Positions 1 to 10,441 are shown, counted from the first letter of the stretch. The stretch is 64,000 nucleotides of DNA from Thermoproteota archaeon (GCA_032249235.1 JAVVGF010000001.1:96001-160000), one strand, 5' to 3'. Numbers and translations: made by a program. The notes: generated by a model not told the origin, from the letters alone.

Positions 1-591
1 AGGAAATATAGCTCTCAAATTGAATTAGCTTTAGATATTTTTGAAAAAAGAGGAACCGAAGTTTTAGTTATTGAAATTGAATATCCAAAAATTCCTCCAG
101 ATCAATTTTGGGGTGAAATTAAAAGAGCAGAGCGAAGTTTAAACAATTTCTTACAAGTATATGATTTTGAGATTTTAGATTCTTTAACTTATTCTGATGA
201 AGAAAAAGTTGCTGCAATAATTTTGGAATTGCGATCTAAAGAATTGAAAGAATTGAGAACTTTAGTAGGACCTCCGCTTAGCGAGTTGAAGAATGTGAAA
301 TCTTTCATAAAAAAACATTCACTTGAACCGATCTTTTTAAGAAATGGAAGACTTCATGTTTTGACAAAAAGAAAGATAAGCTCTTTCAATGAAGCTTTCA
401 ACAAATGGATAGTTACTCAATCATTACCTAAGGACTTAATTTATCCTTTGAAAAATGCTAAAATATATTCAGCTCAAGAAGCTAATGATAAGGGAATAAA
501 AAGGAGAATATTCGATTTGGCATTCAAGGATTTTTGGTGGGTAAGAGAAGATCTGATAAAGCATTACAATATAGTTTTTGATGAGATTTGA
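1..591 (+). CDS. cca: CCA-adding enzyme (archaeal class I), C-terminal part; 5'-truncated by window edge
   Basis: Frame 1 is open from base 1 (RKYSSQIELALDIFEKRGTEVLVIEIEYPKIPPDQFWGEIKR...LVGPP). The D-x-x-WG-x-x-x-R and GPP motifs match the body/tail of archaeal CCA enzymes, and the gene is followed by a kinase gene as in many archaea. Confidence 0.8.
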   Translation, partial: RKYSSQIELALDIFEKRGTEVLVIEIEYPKIPPDQFWGEIKRAERSLNNFLQVYDFEILDSLTYSDEEKVAAIILELRSKELKELRTLVGPPLSELKNVKSFIKKHSLEPIFLRNGRLHVLTKRKISSFNEAFNKWIVTQSLPKDLIYPLKNAKIYSAQEANDKGIKRRIFDLAFKDFWWVREDLIKHYNIVFDEI

Positions 592-1291
592 AGAACTCAT
601 TTGCTATCCAAAATTCTCTAAAGAAGAATTCGAGAAAAGATATGCCGAGCTGAAATCTTTAGGAATTGAAGAATTAGTTGAAGGAGGGAGAACAATCATT
701 TCAGGCTATAAAATTTTGGGTAAAGGAACTACAAGCTTAGTCATTAAAGCAATTTATAAAGGAAAAAATGTAGCCTTGAAAATAAGGAGAACTGATTCGA
801 ATAGAGAATCGATGTATGAAGAAGCAAAAATTCTTGAAATGCTAAAGAATAAAAATATTGCTCCTGAACTATTTGCCTATTCAAAAAACTTCATAGTTAT
901 GGAATACCTTGAAGGTAGGAATATCGACGAATTCATTATGAATGCAAATAGTATAGAATTAATTAAGGCAATTAAAAAACTAATTGAGCATTGCATAATA
1001 CTAGATAAGCTAGGAATAGATCATGGAGACTTGAGCATTGCATCTGATCATGTAATAGTTTATGATGATGAAGTAAGAATTATCGATTTCGAATCTGCAA
1101 GCTTGAATAGAAAGCCGCAAAATTTAACAAGCATAATTTCTTACTTATTTTTATCAAAGAAACCTTTTTCAAATAAACTACTTGAAGCCTTTAACTTAAG
1201 TAGAATTGAAGTATTAGAGTTTGCAAGAGAATATAAAAAAGGAAATATTGAACCTATAATGTTTCTAATCAGAAAACTAGAAAACTATTAG
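578..1291 (+). CDS. RIO/Bud32-like Ser/Thr protein kinase
   Basis: LGKGTTS Gly loop, VALK lysine, HGDLS catalytic loop, IIDFE; overlaps the cca stop. Confidence 0.85.
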   Translation: MMRFEELICYPKFSKEEFEKRYAELKSLGIEELVEGGRTIISGYKILGKGTTSLVIKAIYKGKNVALKIRRTDSNRESMYEEAKILEMLKNKNIAPELFAYSKNFIVMEYLEGRNIDEFIMNANSIELIKAIKKLIEHCIILDKLGIDHGDLSIASDHVIVYDDEVRIIDFESASLNRKPQNLTSIISYLFLSKKPFSNKLLEAFNLSRIEVLEFAREYKKGNIEPIMFLIRKLENY

Positions 1292-1309
1292 GATAATTTA
1301 TTAAGAAAT

Positions 1310-2089
1310 TTAGCGAAATTTTTGCATGTTTCTTTTCTCTATTCTTCTTCCAAAATAAATAGTTCCTTCATACAAAGCATATATTGGAATCAACAAAGGT
1401 ATTACGCTAAGAAAAGTTGGATCTGGGCTTATTAAACCTGCAATGAATGCTATTATCAAGTATAGCAGAATTCTATTCTTAGATAAAGTTCTTGTGCTCA
1501 GGATTCCGACTTCAATTAAAGGTAAAACAAAGGTTGGTAAAGCGAATAACAATCCTCCCAAAATCACCATTAAAACTACGATATTTATGAAATCATTTAG
1601 ATTGATGAATAACGCAATATTTAAAGGATAATATAGAAAGATTAGAGCTCTGAAAGTAAGAGGTAATACAATTATGATAGTATAGATCATGCCAGCAATA
1701 TATAACAAAGAGAATGGCATGAGGTATTTTTTAATTACAGCCTTTTCTCTTCTGTATAAAGCAGGAGAAATGAAAGCATATATTTCTCTAAACGCAACAG
1801 GTATTGTTATTGCTAGAGATAAATACAAAGCCATTTGTAATATAGCGAAAAGAGGAGCAGTAACAGATGTTACAATAAGCATCGATTCAGGAGGTAGATA
1901 CGCTTCTTCCATTTTTCTAATTATCCAAAAAATCAAGGTATCATAGAACAAAATGCTCGAGCCCTTTATTCCAAAAGGATTAGGACTAGGAATTGCTAAG
2001 AATGCAATTAATGAAGCTATGAATATTACAATTATCCTTTTTATTCTTTTAGCAAGTTCATCGATATACTTCCAGATTTCTGGTTCCAT
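1310..2089 (-). CDS. tatC: Twin-arginine translocase subunit TatC
   Basis: About 6 TM helices; ELAKRI, FISPALYRRE, ISPDPT and LYE motifs; adjacent to tatA. Confidence 0.92.
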   Translation of the reverse strand: MEPEIWKYIDELAKRIKRIIVIFIASLIAFLAIPSPNPFGIKGSSILFYDTLIFWIIRKMEEAYLPPESMLIVTSVTAPLFAILQMALYLSLAITIPVAFREIYAFISPALYRREKAVIKKYLMPFSLLYIAGMIYTIIIVLPLTFRALIFLYYPLNIALFINLNDFINIVVLMVILGGLLFALPTFVLPLIEVGILSTRTLSKNRILLYLIIAFIAGLISPDPTFLSVIPLLIPIYALYEGTIYFGRRIEKRNMQKFR

Positions 2090-2127
2090 TACGAATATAC
2101 ATATATTACCTTATTCATTATTATGTT

Positions 2128-2457
2128 ATGGATTTGATATATAATGCTTGGGGGCCAACTGAATGGATATTGTTAATTTTCATACTATTAATACTATTTG
2201 GTTCAAGGAAAATTCCTGAAGTTGCTAGAAGCTTAGGAGAAGCTGTTAGAGAATTCAGAAAGGCGATGAGCGAAACAGAACAAGCTACTAAGCAGATGGT
2301 TCAACAGGAATATAAAGAAAGAGTTGTAAGCGAAAGAAGTGATGATCCTTTAATTGATTTAGCTAAAAGAAAAGGTATAAATGTTGAAGGTAAAAGCAGA
2401 GTTCAAATTGTCGAAGAATTAGCTAAGAAAATAAGAGAAGAGGAATCTACTTCTTAG
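2128..2457 (+). CDS. tatA: Twin-arginine translocase TatA/E
   Basis: GPTEW-TM-LFGSRKIPEVARSLGEAVREFRKA signature. Confidence 0.93.
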   Translation: MDLIYNAWGPTEWILLIFILLILFGSRKIPEVARSLGEAVREFRKAMSETEQATKQMVQQEYKERVVSERSDDPLIDLAKRKGINVEGKSRVQIVEELAKKIREEESTS

Positions 2458-2866
2458 TTTTGTTCAAAATCTCAACGATTAATTTTTCAAGTGCTGTAAC
2501 ACGCTCTTTAATTTCATTTATACTCTTCTCATTATTTGCATTCTTTGAATTCAGTTCTTTAATGAGTTCGTAAGTAACTAAAATTTCGTTATTCATTTTC
2601 TTTAAATTATTGATCAGCTCGTCTGTATATTCTTTGACATTTCTTCTTAGCGAATCTTCAATGTTCCAAAATATGAAATAAGAAGTCGCAACAATTGAAA
2701 TGATGATTGCAAGGAATACATGAACTCCTCCAAGCTTTTGCGATATATCTGAAAGTGAATATTGAGGTAGCGAAAGGATATAAGATAGTATTATAATCGT
2801 TATGAAGAAAGCAAATATAGCTACTAAGCCTGTCAATATTGACCTAATTATCGTTGAAGTGCTCAT
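2447..2866 (-). CDS. Hypothetical membrane protein (2 TM + coiled coil)
   Basis: Two hydrophobic segments followed by a heptad-like charged helix; fills the gap between tatA and purB. Confidence 0.65.
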   Translation of the reverse strand: MSTSTIIRSILTGLVAIFAFFITIIILSYILSLPQYSLSDISQKLGGVHVFLAIIISIVATSYFIFWNIEDSLRRNVKEYTDELINNLKKMNNEILVTYELIKELNSKNANNEKSINEIKERVTALEKLIVEILNKTKK

Positions 2867-2933
2867 GTAATTGCAATATCATATACGAATATAAATTTCA
2901 CAGTAATATAATGAAAATTCATTAATAACACAT

Positions 2934-4283
2934 ATGTCTTGTCCAGTTTATTCAAGATACGCCACAAAAGAAATGCTATCGATATTCAGCGAGGAAGCAA
3001 AAATTGAAAGATGGTTAAAAGTTGAAGCTACTTTAGCTAGAGCTCAAGCTGAACTAGGAATGATACCCAAAGAAGCTGCAGAGGAAATAGCTAAGAAAGC
3101 TAATTTGAAATTTGTTAAAATCGAGAGAATTAAAGAAATTGAAAAAGAAATTGACCATGATCTATTAGCTGTAGTTAATGCATTAGCTGAAGTATGTGAA
3201 AAGGATTATGGAAGATTTGTACATAAAGGCGCAACGAGCTATGACATCGAAGATACTGCATGGGCATTAGCATTCAAAGATGCCTTAAATTTAATAAAGA
3301 AGAGATTAGAAGAATTATTGTCAATTTTGCTAAGAAGAGCAAGGGAAAATATAGATTTGGTATGCATAGGGAGAACTCATGGACAACATGCTTTGCCTAC
3401 AACTTACGGAATGAAGTTTGCTCTATGGAGCTATGATATTTATAGGATTCTTCAAAGACTTGATTTCTTTTTAGAATTGGATATACTTGGAAAAATGAGT
3501 GGTGCTGTAGGAACAATGGCTGCTTTTGATGAAAAAGGAATTGAATTACAATCTAAAGTTATGGAATTATTAGGAATGAAACCTGCTTTAATATCTAATC
3601 AAGTAGTTCAAAGAGATGCTTTTGCTGATATCATATATCTTGTTGCCTTGACTTCTTCTTGTTTAGAAAAGATAGCAAAAGAAATAAGGAATTTGCAAAG
3701 AACTGAAATAGCAGAAGTAATGGAACCTTTTCATACTAAACAAGCTGGTTCTTCAACAATGCCGCACAAAAGGAATCCGCATAGATCAGAAAGAATTTGT
3801 AGCTTAGCTAGATATCAAAGAGCACTAGTTCAAGTAGCTTTAGAAAATATAAGCTTAGAACATGAAAGAGACTTGACGAATAGTGCAAATGAAAGAATAA
3901 TGCTTAGTCATTCATTCATGTTATTAGATTTTATGTTAAAAGAAATGATCGAGATAATTTCTGGTCTTGAAATAAATTATACAAACGTTAAAAAGAATTT
4001 GGAACTCTTGAATGGAATTTATATGGCTGAGCGTGTAATGCTAAAGCTTGTTGAAAAAGGACTTTCAAGAAATGTAGCATATAACTTAGTTAAAGATTTA
4101 GCTATAAAGTCTTATCAAGAAAATTTGAATTTTGCAGAGGAACTTGCAAACAATGAAATTATAAGAAATTATTTAACGCAACAAGAAATAAAAGATCTTT
4201 TAAATCCTTATACATACATAGGTCAAGCAAAAAAGATTGTAGAAAATGTAATTTCAGAAATTGAGAAAAAATTGAAAAATTAG
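2934..4283 (+). CDS. purB: Adenylosuccinate lyase
   Basis: GSSTMPHKRNP fumarase-superfamily signature, HKGATSYD, GRTHGQHA, HERDLTNS. Confidence 0.96.
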   Translation: MSCPVYSRYATKEMLSIFSEEAKIERWLKVEATLARAQAELGMIPKEAAEEIAKKANLKFVKIERIKEIEKEIDHDLLAVVNALAEVCEKDYGRFVHKGATSYDIEDTAWALAFKDALNLIKKRLEELLSILLRRARENIDLVCIGRTHGQHALPTTYGMKFALWSYDIYRILQRLDFFLELDILGKMSGAVGTMAAFDEKGIELQSKVMELLGMKPALISNQVVQRDAFADIIYLVALTSSCLEKIAKEIRNLQRTEIAEVMEPFHTKQAGSSTMPHKRNPHRSERICSLARYQRALVQVALENISLEHERDLTNSANERIMLSHSFMLLDFMLKEMIEIISGLEINYTNVKKNLELLNGIYMAERVMLKLVEKGLSRNVAYNLVKDLAIKSYQENLNFAEELANNEIIRNYLTQQEIKDLLNPYTYIGQAKKIVENVISEIEKKLKN

Positions 4284-4288
4284 CAAAT

Positions 4289-4828
4289 CTAAGTTTTCCA
4301 AACTATACTACATCCAAACGGTCTAGTTATTGGTTCTTGGATATCTTTACCTTCTAATAATGAATCTAAAGCTTTTCTAAGATCGTTGCTCTTAACTAAA
4401 CTAGGATTTCTATTGTCATCAATCCTTCCTTGATATCTAAGTTGCCTTTTTTCATCAAAGACAAATACATGCGGAGTGCATATAGCTCCTAACTGTTTAG
4501 CTAATTCCTGAGATTCGTCTTTCAAATAAGGGAAATTATAGCCTTTTGCAATAGCTCTCTTTTTCATTTCTTCAATATTTTCATCATATCCTGCATTTGA
4601 ATTTATCGCAATTACTTGAACGCCCTTGTTTCCATAATCCTTTTGGATTTGAATGATTCTATCTTCATAATCTCTATAAACTGGACATTTGTTTGAAGCA
4701 AATATAAGAACCAAGATTTTCTTATCCTTGAAATCTACTTCGCTTATTTCTTTTCCATAAATATCTTTTAGTTTAAAGCTAGGCATCGAATCTCCTATTT
4801 TCATTTTGAAAGATGGAGAAACGCTCAT
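4289..4828 (-). CDS. Thioredoxin-fold AhpC/TSA (redoxin) family protein
   Basis: GDSMPSF, SNKCP (SxxC), AINSN, TPHVFVFD, YQGRIDD and C-terminal GCSIVWK. Confidence 0.88.
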   Translation of the reverse strand: MSVSPSFKMKIGDSMPSFKLKDIYGKEISEVDFKDKKILVLIFASNKCPVYRDYEDRIIQIQKDYGNKGVQVIAINSNAGYDENIEEMKKRAIAKGYNFPYLKDESQELAKQLGAICTPHVFVFDEKRQLRYQGRIDDNRNPSLVKSNDLRKALDSLLEGKDIQEPITRPFGCSIVWKT

Positions 4829-4863
4829 AGTAATATTTTTAATTTGCTGTGTTTATTTGTTTT

Positions 4864-5205
4864 ATGGCTTTATCTACTGTGCCTTTGGATAAAGTAAAGA
4901 AGGACATCGTAAGTATTTTGAAAAGCTTAGGAATAGATGCAGAAGAAGTTGCTTCTTGCATTGCAAACATAAAGAAAAGAAAGGGGTATACTACATATAT
5001 CTATTCACATGAATATGCTTCTTTAGAATCAAGATTAAGGGCGTTTATCGAAGATGTTGAATATAAACAATTAAAAAGCAAAGTATATGTTTGGTCTGAA
5101 TATGAAGGTCAATACAGATATGTTCAAGTTGGATACTTTTTACCGAAAACAGATGAAGGTTTAACGCAGCTTGTTGTTCTTACTGTAGGCGTAGCGCAAG
5201 CATAA
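4864..5205 (+). CDS. Hypothetical protein
   Basis: ORF with genome-typical composition; ATG at 4864 preferred over GTG at 4849; no motif recognised. Confidence 0.6.
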   Translation: MALSTVPLDKVKKDIVSILKSLGIDAEEVASCIANIKKRKGYTTYIYSHEYASLESRLRAFIEDVEYKQLKSKVYVWSEYEGQYRYVQVGYFLPKTDEGLTQLVVLTVGVAQA

Positions 5206-6328
5206 ATGTCAAAGTTAAGATAGAAGAAATGACCAAAGCAGCAAGAGATAGCAAATAAGGATAGAAAATACCAAAGTTTAATAAAATTCCTGAAAAGCTT
5301 GCTCCAATAGCAACACCTGCTAAAGTAAAAATCTGTAATATCCCGCTTGCAGTACCTCTTCCCTCTTGACCTACAGATGAAACTATATAACTAGATGTCA
5401 AGAAAGCAAATCCTAAGGCTATACCCCAGATCGGAGATGCAACAATTAAATATAAGTTTATGTTCGTAATCATTACTAAATTAGCGATTAAGCCTATAAT
5501 TGAGGCTATTAAAAGAGAAATTAATGGATTCTTTCTTTCGCATATATAGCTGGATAAGAAGTATGCAGGTATACCAACTAGTCCTGAAATAGTTAGAAAT
5601 ATTCCAACATATGCTCCTGCAGTTTCTTTTTTAAGGTTGAGTAATTGTTGAAGTGTCAAGCCTAGGCTTCCTGTTATAACACCGTTGAATAAATAAACAG
5701 AAAACATTGTAAGGAATGCGGGAATTAACAATTTAGAATTTAGCTTAACCTGCCTAACGGAATCAGGCAATCTAAATCCTGCAACTTCTTTTATTCTTTG
5801 GGCATAAATTAGATAAAACGTTATTAGATGAATTAATATCAGAATAACAAAGACATATCTAAAACCTAAGTATAGCGTAGTAAAAGAGGATAAGAGTGCT
5901 CCTATTACGACGCTTATTGAAATTAAGCTATAGAACAATGAAAGAGGATAACCTCTTTTCCTGAATTGATCACCTATAATAGCTATTGCAGAGGGGAATA
6001 TGATCGAATCGAAGAATGCATGTACAGATCTAGCTATAATCAATAGTGAATAATTGAAAGCTAAAAAATATATCAAGAAGGCTATGATATCGCCTGGTAT
6101 GGCTATCATTAAGGCTTTTCTTCTTCCAATTCTATCGACTAAGTATCCCAAAGGAAAACTTACAAAAATGGCTACAATGGAATATAGTCCTGCAATGAAG
6201 CCTGCAATAGCAGAACTTGCACCTAATTGAGATGCATACGTAGAAATAATGGGAGAGATCATAGAAGTATCTATAATGCTAGCAAATCCTAGAAAAGCGA
6301 TGATTGGTAATATTCTCTGTGTCTGCAT
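5180..6328 (-). CDS. MFS transporter
   Basis: About 12 TM; motif A GYLVDRIGRR; RGTASG in the second half. Confidence 0.92.
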   Translation of the reverse strand: MQTQRILPIIAFLGFASIIDTSMISPIISTYASQLGASSAIAGFIAGLYSIVAIFVSFPLGYLVDRIGRRKALMIAIPGDIIAFLIYFLAFNYSLLIIARSVHAFFDSIIFPSAIAIIGDQFRKRGYPLSLFYSLISISVVIGALLSSFTTLYLGFRYVFVILILIHLITFYLIYAQRIKEVAGFRLPDSVRQVKLNSKLLIPAFLTMFSVYLFNGVITGSLGLTLQQLLNLKKETAGAYVGIFLTISGLVGIPAYFLSSYICERKNPLISLLIASIIGLIANLVMITNINLYLIVASPIWGIALGFAFLTSSYIVSSVGQEGRGTASGILQIFTLAGVAIGASFSGILLNFGIFYPYLLSLAALVISSILTLTFMLALRLQ

Positions 6329-6391
6329 TATCTACATCTTCTTTGTTTTAAAATTAATAAATGACTATATTCAGGAATATACAACTTAATA

Positions 6392-8104
6392 CTAATAGCC
6401 AGGTATATCTAATTTTAATAAGCTTTTTTCATAGTAATCCTTTATTTCTTTTGTAAACTCCTTATAATCTATGATATTTAGTATAGCAGGTAGTCTTATA
6501 GCTTCACCATATACAAGAGCCTCTTTTCTTTTTAAATTTGAAATGACAGGAATGAACAAATTTTGAAATTTTAATCCGCGTGTGCATGCTTCAATATCTT
6601 TTTCACTGGTTAATGTGAAAATGAAATAATTCCAAAGCATTGCTAAAACATCTTCATGAATTTGCGAAGGTCTTTGATCAATTATGCAAAGAACAATACC
6701 TCTTTTCCTTAGTTCTCTTGCAATGTTTCCAAATGCGGTTTTGTAATAAAGTTCGCCAGATAAAAACTTATGAGCTTCTTCAAGGAAAATAATCAATTTA
6801 TACTTGAGCTGTTTGCCTTCCATTATATCGCTTATAGCTCTCTGCCATATCTTTTTAGATAAAAGATGTGCGATCAACGTATAAACTCTTGCATCATCTC
6901 CATATCTTCCAAAGCTTATTATAATGCTTCTTTCGCCTTTAAATAGCTCCTCTACGATTTCTTTCACACAATCTTTCTTATTTGGATTTAAGAATTCATA
7001 TCTTCTTAATTGATTTAATCTAACTTTTCCTGATCTAAATGACTGTACAGCTCCAGCTCCTAGCTTTTGTATCTCTTCTTCAATTTTACCTTCTAAATAT
7101 GCTTTCCTCTTTTCAAAATCTTCTCTATTTTCAAAAAATCCCAACAAATACAATATCCAAGTATGATCCTTTTTGTAAATTTCATCTCTCAGAACGCTAT
7201 CCTTTTCGAATATTTGATTGATTATTCTTCTGTAGCTACCTAAATAATCTATGAATGCATCTGACAAATTCAAATTTTCTTTTAAAATTTCTATATCTTC
7301 CATTGTGAGCTCTTTAGGGTCAATCGTAAATTCTTCTAAACCAAACTCTCTAGCTAAAATCGAATCAGGTGTATATACTTTAAAATCGTTCTTAAAAAGC
7401 AATCCAACACCATCTGCATAGTCGTTACCATGCATATCTTTTACTTTTAGCCCATACTCGCTATGCATATCGAATATTAAAAGCTTCGTTTTCTTATCTT
7501 GATCATGAAATCTATTCGTTAAAATAATCAATGAAGCTAAGATATTGCCTAAATGAGTCTTACCTGTCCCAGATTTTCCAAATATACCGAAGGATCCTCT
7601 AGTTATTAATTCAACGTTAATGGGTATTTTAACCTTTAAGTCTAATTCTTTTATTGCATGCTTTGTATATCCTATGCCCCAACTTGTCTTATTATCCATT
7701 TTTCCATAGAAATTCTCTATATCTTCCTCTTTCGGTAAATAAATTCTACTTTCATGTACAGGAATTGTATCTACTTCTTCAACACTACTTTGGTTTGTTT
7801 GAGCTAAAGGTATTATTAAAAATGAAGTTGAAAACTTACCTAAATTACTATAGGTCTTTATAGTCGTTTCAGCAATTTTTTTGCTTTCTCCTTCTTTAGC
7901 TAGTTGTTTAGCTAATTCACTAGCTTTATCTGAACCTGATGAATGGAAGATCTCGGCTACTAAACCCAAATATTTTCTCTTTGCACCTTCAACTACTATC
8001 AATGAGTTTGTTGCAATATCTTCTGTTAAGTTATAATCCTTTAATTGAGCAGTTAACCCACGTGTAGAGCTTGCATCAACTATATAAGCGAATTCTTTAT
8101 CCAT
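6392..8104 (-). CDS. herA: HerA/FtsK-family helicase-translocase
   Basis: N-terminal HAS barrel, GKSGTGKT Walker A, IFDMHSEYG, LEEAH Walker B, IARELRKRG, DQRP. Confidence 0.92.
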   Translation of the reverse strand: MDKEFAYIVDASSTRGLTAQLKDYNLTEDIATNSLIVVEGAKRKYLGLVAEIFHSSGSDKASELAKQLAKEGESKKIAETTIKTYSNLGKFSTSFLIIPLAQTNQSSVEEVDTIPVHESRIYLPKEEDIENFYGKMDNKTSWGIGYTKHAIKELDLKVKIPINVELITRGSFGIFGKSGTGKTHLGNILASLIILTNRFHDQDKKTKLLIFDMHSEYGLKVKDMHGNDYADGVGLLFKNDFKVYTPDSILAREFGLEEFTIDPKELTMEDIEILKENLNLSDAFIDYLGSYRRIINQIFEKDSVLRDEIYKKDHTWILYLLGFFENREDFEKRKAYLEGKIEEEIQKLGAGAVQSFRSGKVRLNQLRRYEFLNPNKKDCVKEIVEELFKGERSIIISFGRYGDDARVYTLIAHLLSKKIWQRAISDIMEGKQLKYKLIIFLEEAHKFLSGELYYKTAFGNIARELRKRGIVLCIIDQRPSQIHEDVLAMLWNYFIFTLTSEKDIEACTRGLKFQNLFIPVISNLKRKEALVYGEAIRLPAILNIIDYKEFTKEIKDYYEKSLLKLDIPGY

Positions 8105-8759
8105 GTTTATTTATTTTCAATGCTTTTTCAAATGCTCTATTCACAGAATCTATGAGATCTCCAAGATAGTTTTCTTCCAAATTATTATGTAGCGTTCTTA
8201 AAAGTATGTACATTTCCTCTTCATTAAAATATTTCATAAGATTTCTAAAATAAACTTCGAGAAAATAATTGAATAAGTTCCTTTCGTCGCTTGGCAAAGT
8301 GTTATATATAATCGGTATATAACGAATTCCTTCTTCATTTATCAAATGCATATCCCTTATCAATTCCTTATCAGGAATAAAAACGAGATCATGGATAAGT
8401 GGGATTTTATTAGGTCTTCCTTGTTTTATTCCATTACTATCTACATATGCTACTATAATAGCTCCGCATGTTATAGCGAATTTATCAAGAATGTCTTTAT
8501 AATCCATACCTAATTCTTCTCTCTTTCTTCTTAATGGTTTTAGTCTATCAGTAAGAGGGATTAAAGGCTCGATTGCTTGAGACGTAACAATTCCGATATG
8601 AATTTCATCTCCTGCTAGAGCTGCTACAAATGAAGAATAATCTGGAATGTGATAGAAATCATAAAGTTGGAATTCAAAATACTTATGTTGTGCTTTTAAT
8701 ATTTCTCCTATTGCTTCCTTTGATTCTTTACTCTTGAATATTTCAACCCAATTTTTCAT
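8097..8759 (-). CDS. Stand-alone HAS-barrel protein (HerP-like)
   Basis: Between nurA and herA with overlapping start/stop codons; GEI..F.F....P.YSSFV...IGIV...QGRP..IP.IHD.V pattern of HAS barrels; no ATPase motifs. Confidence 0.7.
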   Translation of the reverse strand: MKNWVEIFKSKESKEAIGEILKAQHKYFEFQLYDFYHIPDYSSFVAALAGDEIHIGIVTSQAIEPLIPLTDRLKPLRRKREELGMDYKDILDKFAITCGAIIVAYVDSNGIKQGRPNKIPLIHDLVFIPDKELIRDMHLINEEGIRYIPIIYNTLPSDERNLFNYFLEVYFRNLMKYFNEEEMYILLRTLHNNLEENYLGDLIDSVNRAFEKALKINKHG

Positions 8760-9874
8760 ATTATTCTTAACAGTTTTCTTTCAAGCTTTTTGCTCATCTT
8801 AACAGGATATATACCAGGAAGTTCCTTATCTAGCATGCTTAAAATGAATCTTTTTTCTCTTTCAGATAAATAAGCTTGTTCATGTGCTCTTTCCATGCAA
8901 TATGGATAACCGCCGCCTATTATGCTTTGTAAAAACACGATTTTGCTTATTTCATCTACCATGTTTTCAAGTTCTTCAGGAATTTCTACACGAAGTACGT
9001 TTCCTTCAGATACTTTAATGTAAAACGTATAGATTGTTTTATTAATCAGAGTGCATGGTAAGTTTTCAATCTTCAAAAGAGGGCTTCTTTGACCCACTTT
9101 AAGGATCTTATCGAAAAGTTGTTTATCGCTGATCTTTATTTCCTCTAGCTTGGTATCTTTATTAAGGAAATTTATAAAAGGTCTAGCCATACTATAAAAG
9201 ACTGCAATAGGATAAGTTCCTTTTTTAATCATCAAGTTTATGTTTTCAAATAATTTCTCCATTATTTTTTCAATAACATTTTCTTTCATGCTAGCAAGAA
9301 AACTGGAAGATAAACTTTCATCTAAGAAAACGTAGGAGCCTTTTATATCTATCCTTTTGCTAATTTCTTCAATTATATTTGCATATTCCTCCAATCTTAA
9401 ATATTGTAGAATCCAAGAAGAAATCCTGCTTTCCTCGATTATTTCCTCAACTTTTTTCTTTGTATAAAACTTTGGAATGCTCTCTTCTAGGTATTGATTT
9501 TTTTCATAATCGTAGAAGAAATAGCCAATATTTATTAAGATGAAATAAGGCGTGATATGATGAGAAGTCATTTCGCTAGTATCTAATGCAAGTACTTTTT
9601 TATTCCTTATTCTATCGAAAGCCCATCTATTTTCGCTCAGATTTTGATTTATGTTAGTTATATCAATGCAATTCTTGAATTTGATCCCCTCAACTGGATA
9701 AGCAAACTCCTTTCTTTTATCCTTGATAAGCCAACTCTCTAATGCTTCATCCTTAAATTCAAAATAAGCTTTTTTAAGTCTATCAAGAACATTTTTCTCA
9801 AGTTCCATATCTTCAATTAAATCTGAGCTTACTTTCTTAATCACTTTTATAATTAAAGCTTGATTCAGCATCAA
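8756..9874 (-). CDS. nurA: NurA 5'-3' nuclease
   Basis: ALDTS, FLDESL, LRVE and GYPY-x-x-x-x-AHE motifs; upstream of herA. Confidence 0.88.
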   Translation of the reverse strand: MMLNQALIIKVIKKVSSDLIEDMELEKNVLDRLKKAYFEFKDEALESWLIKDKRKEFAYPVEGIKFKNCIDITNINQNLSENRWAFDRIRNKKVLALDTSEMTSHHITPYFILINIGYFFYDYEKNQYLEESIPKFYTKKKVEEIIEESRISSWILQYLRLEEYANIIEEISKRIDIKGSYVFLDESLSSSFLASMKENVIEKIMEKLFENINLMIKKGTYPIAVFYSMARPFINFLNKDTKLEEIKISDKQLFDKILKVGQRSPLLKIENLPCTLINKTIYTFYIKVSEGNVLRVEIPEELENMVDEISKIVFLQSIIGGGYPYCMERAHEQAYLSEREKRFILSMLDKELPGIYPVKMSKKLERKLLRII

Positions 9875-9901
9875 TCTAAAATGAACAAATCAATATTTAT
9901 G

Positions 9902-10431
9902 TTAGCTTTTTTTCAAAACTTTAATTAGCTCATTATATAGCTCATTAAAAATTCTGTTCCAGTTTTCTCTTGTTAAAAAGATCAATTTCTTTTCTCCTAT
10001 AACCATGTTCGCGTAGTTCAAATATTTTCTATGCAATGTTGCAAGCAAATGTTTTTCAGACCTTAATATTTTTTCAATAGTTATTTTAAAATTAATGCTC
10101 ATGAATTCCATTGCACCAATTTCATCACAAACAATTAAATCGCTTTCATTTAATGCTCTCTCTAAAGCTTTTACACCTATTTCTTCTAAATCTTTTAGGT
10201 TTATTATATAAGCGCCAAACTTAGGTCCTTGGAATATTTGTTCTTTTGATGCCAAAATTCCCTTTTCATTATATTTCAAATCTAGAATGCTAAAGCCTAT
10301 TCTTGTATTATTTTTTCTTATTTCCTGCGTTACGAATCCATCATATTTTATTCCTTCAGTCTTTAGTTTCTCTATCAAGTTAAGTATTAATGTAGTTTTA
10401 CCTGATCCAGGCTCGCCTGTTATTAACCATT

Positions 10432-10441
<10 letters not shown>
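9902..10441 (-). CDS. Nucleoside-triphosphatase (THEP1/NTPase_1 family)
   Basis: ITGEPGSGKTT, GFVTQEIR...RIGF, DEIGAME. Confidence 0.92.
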
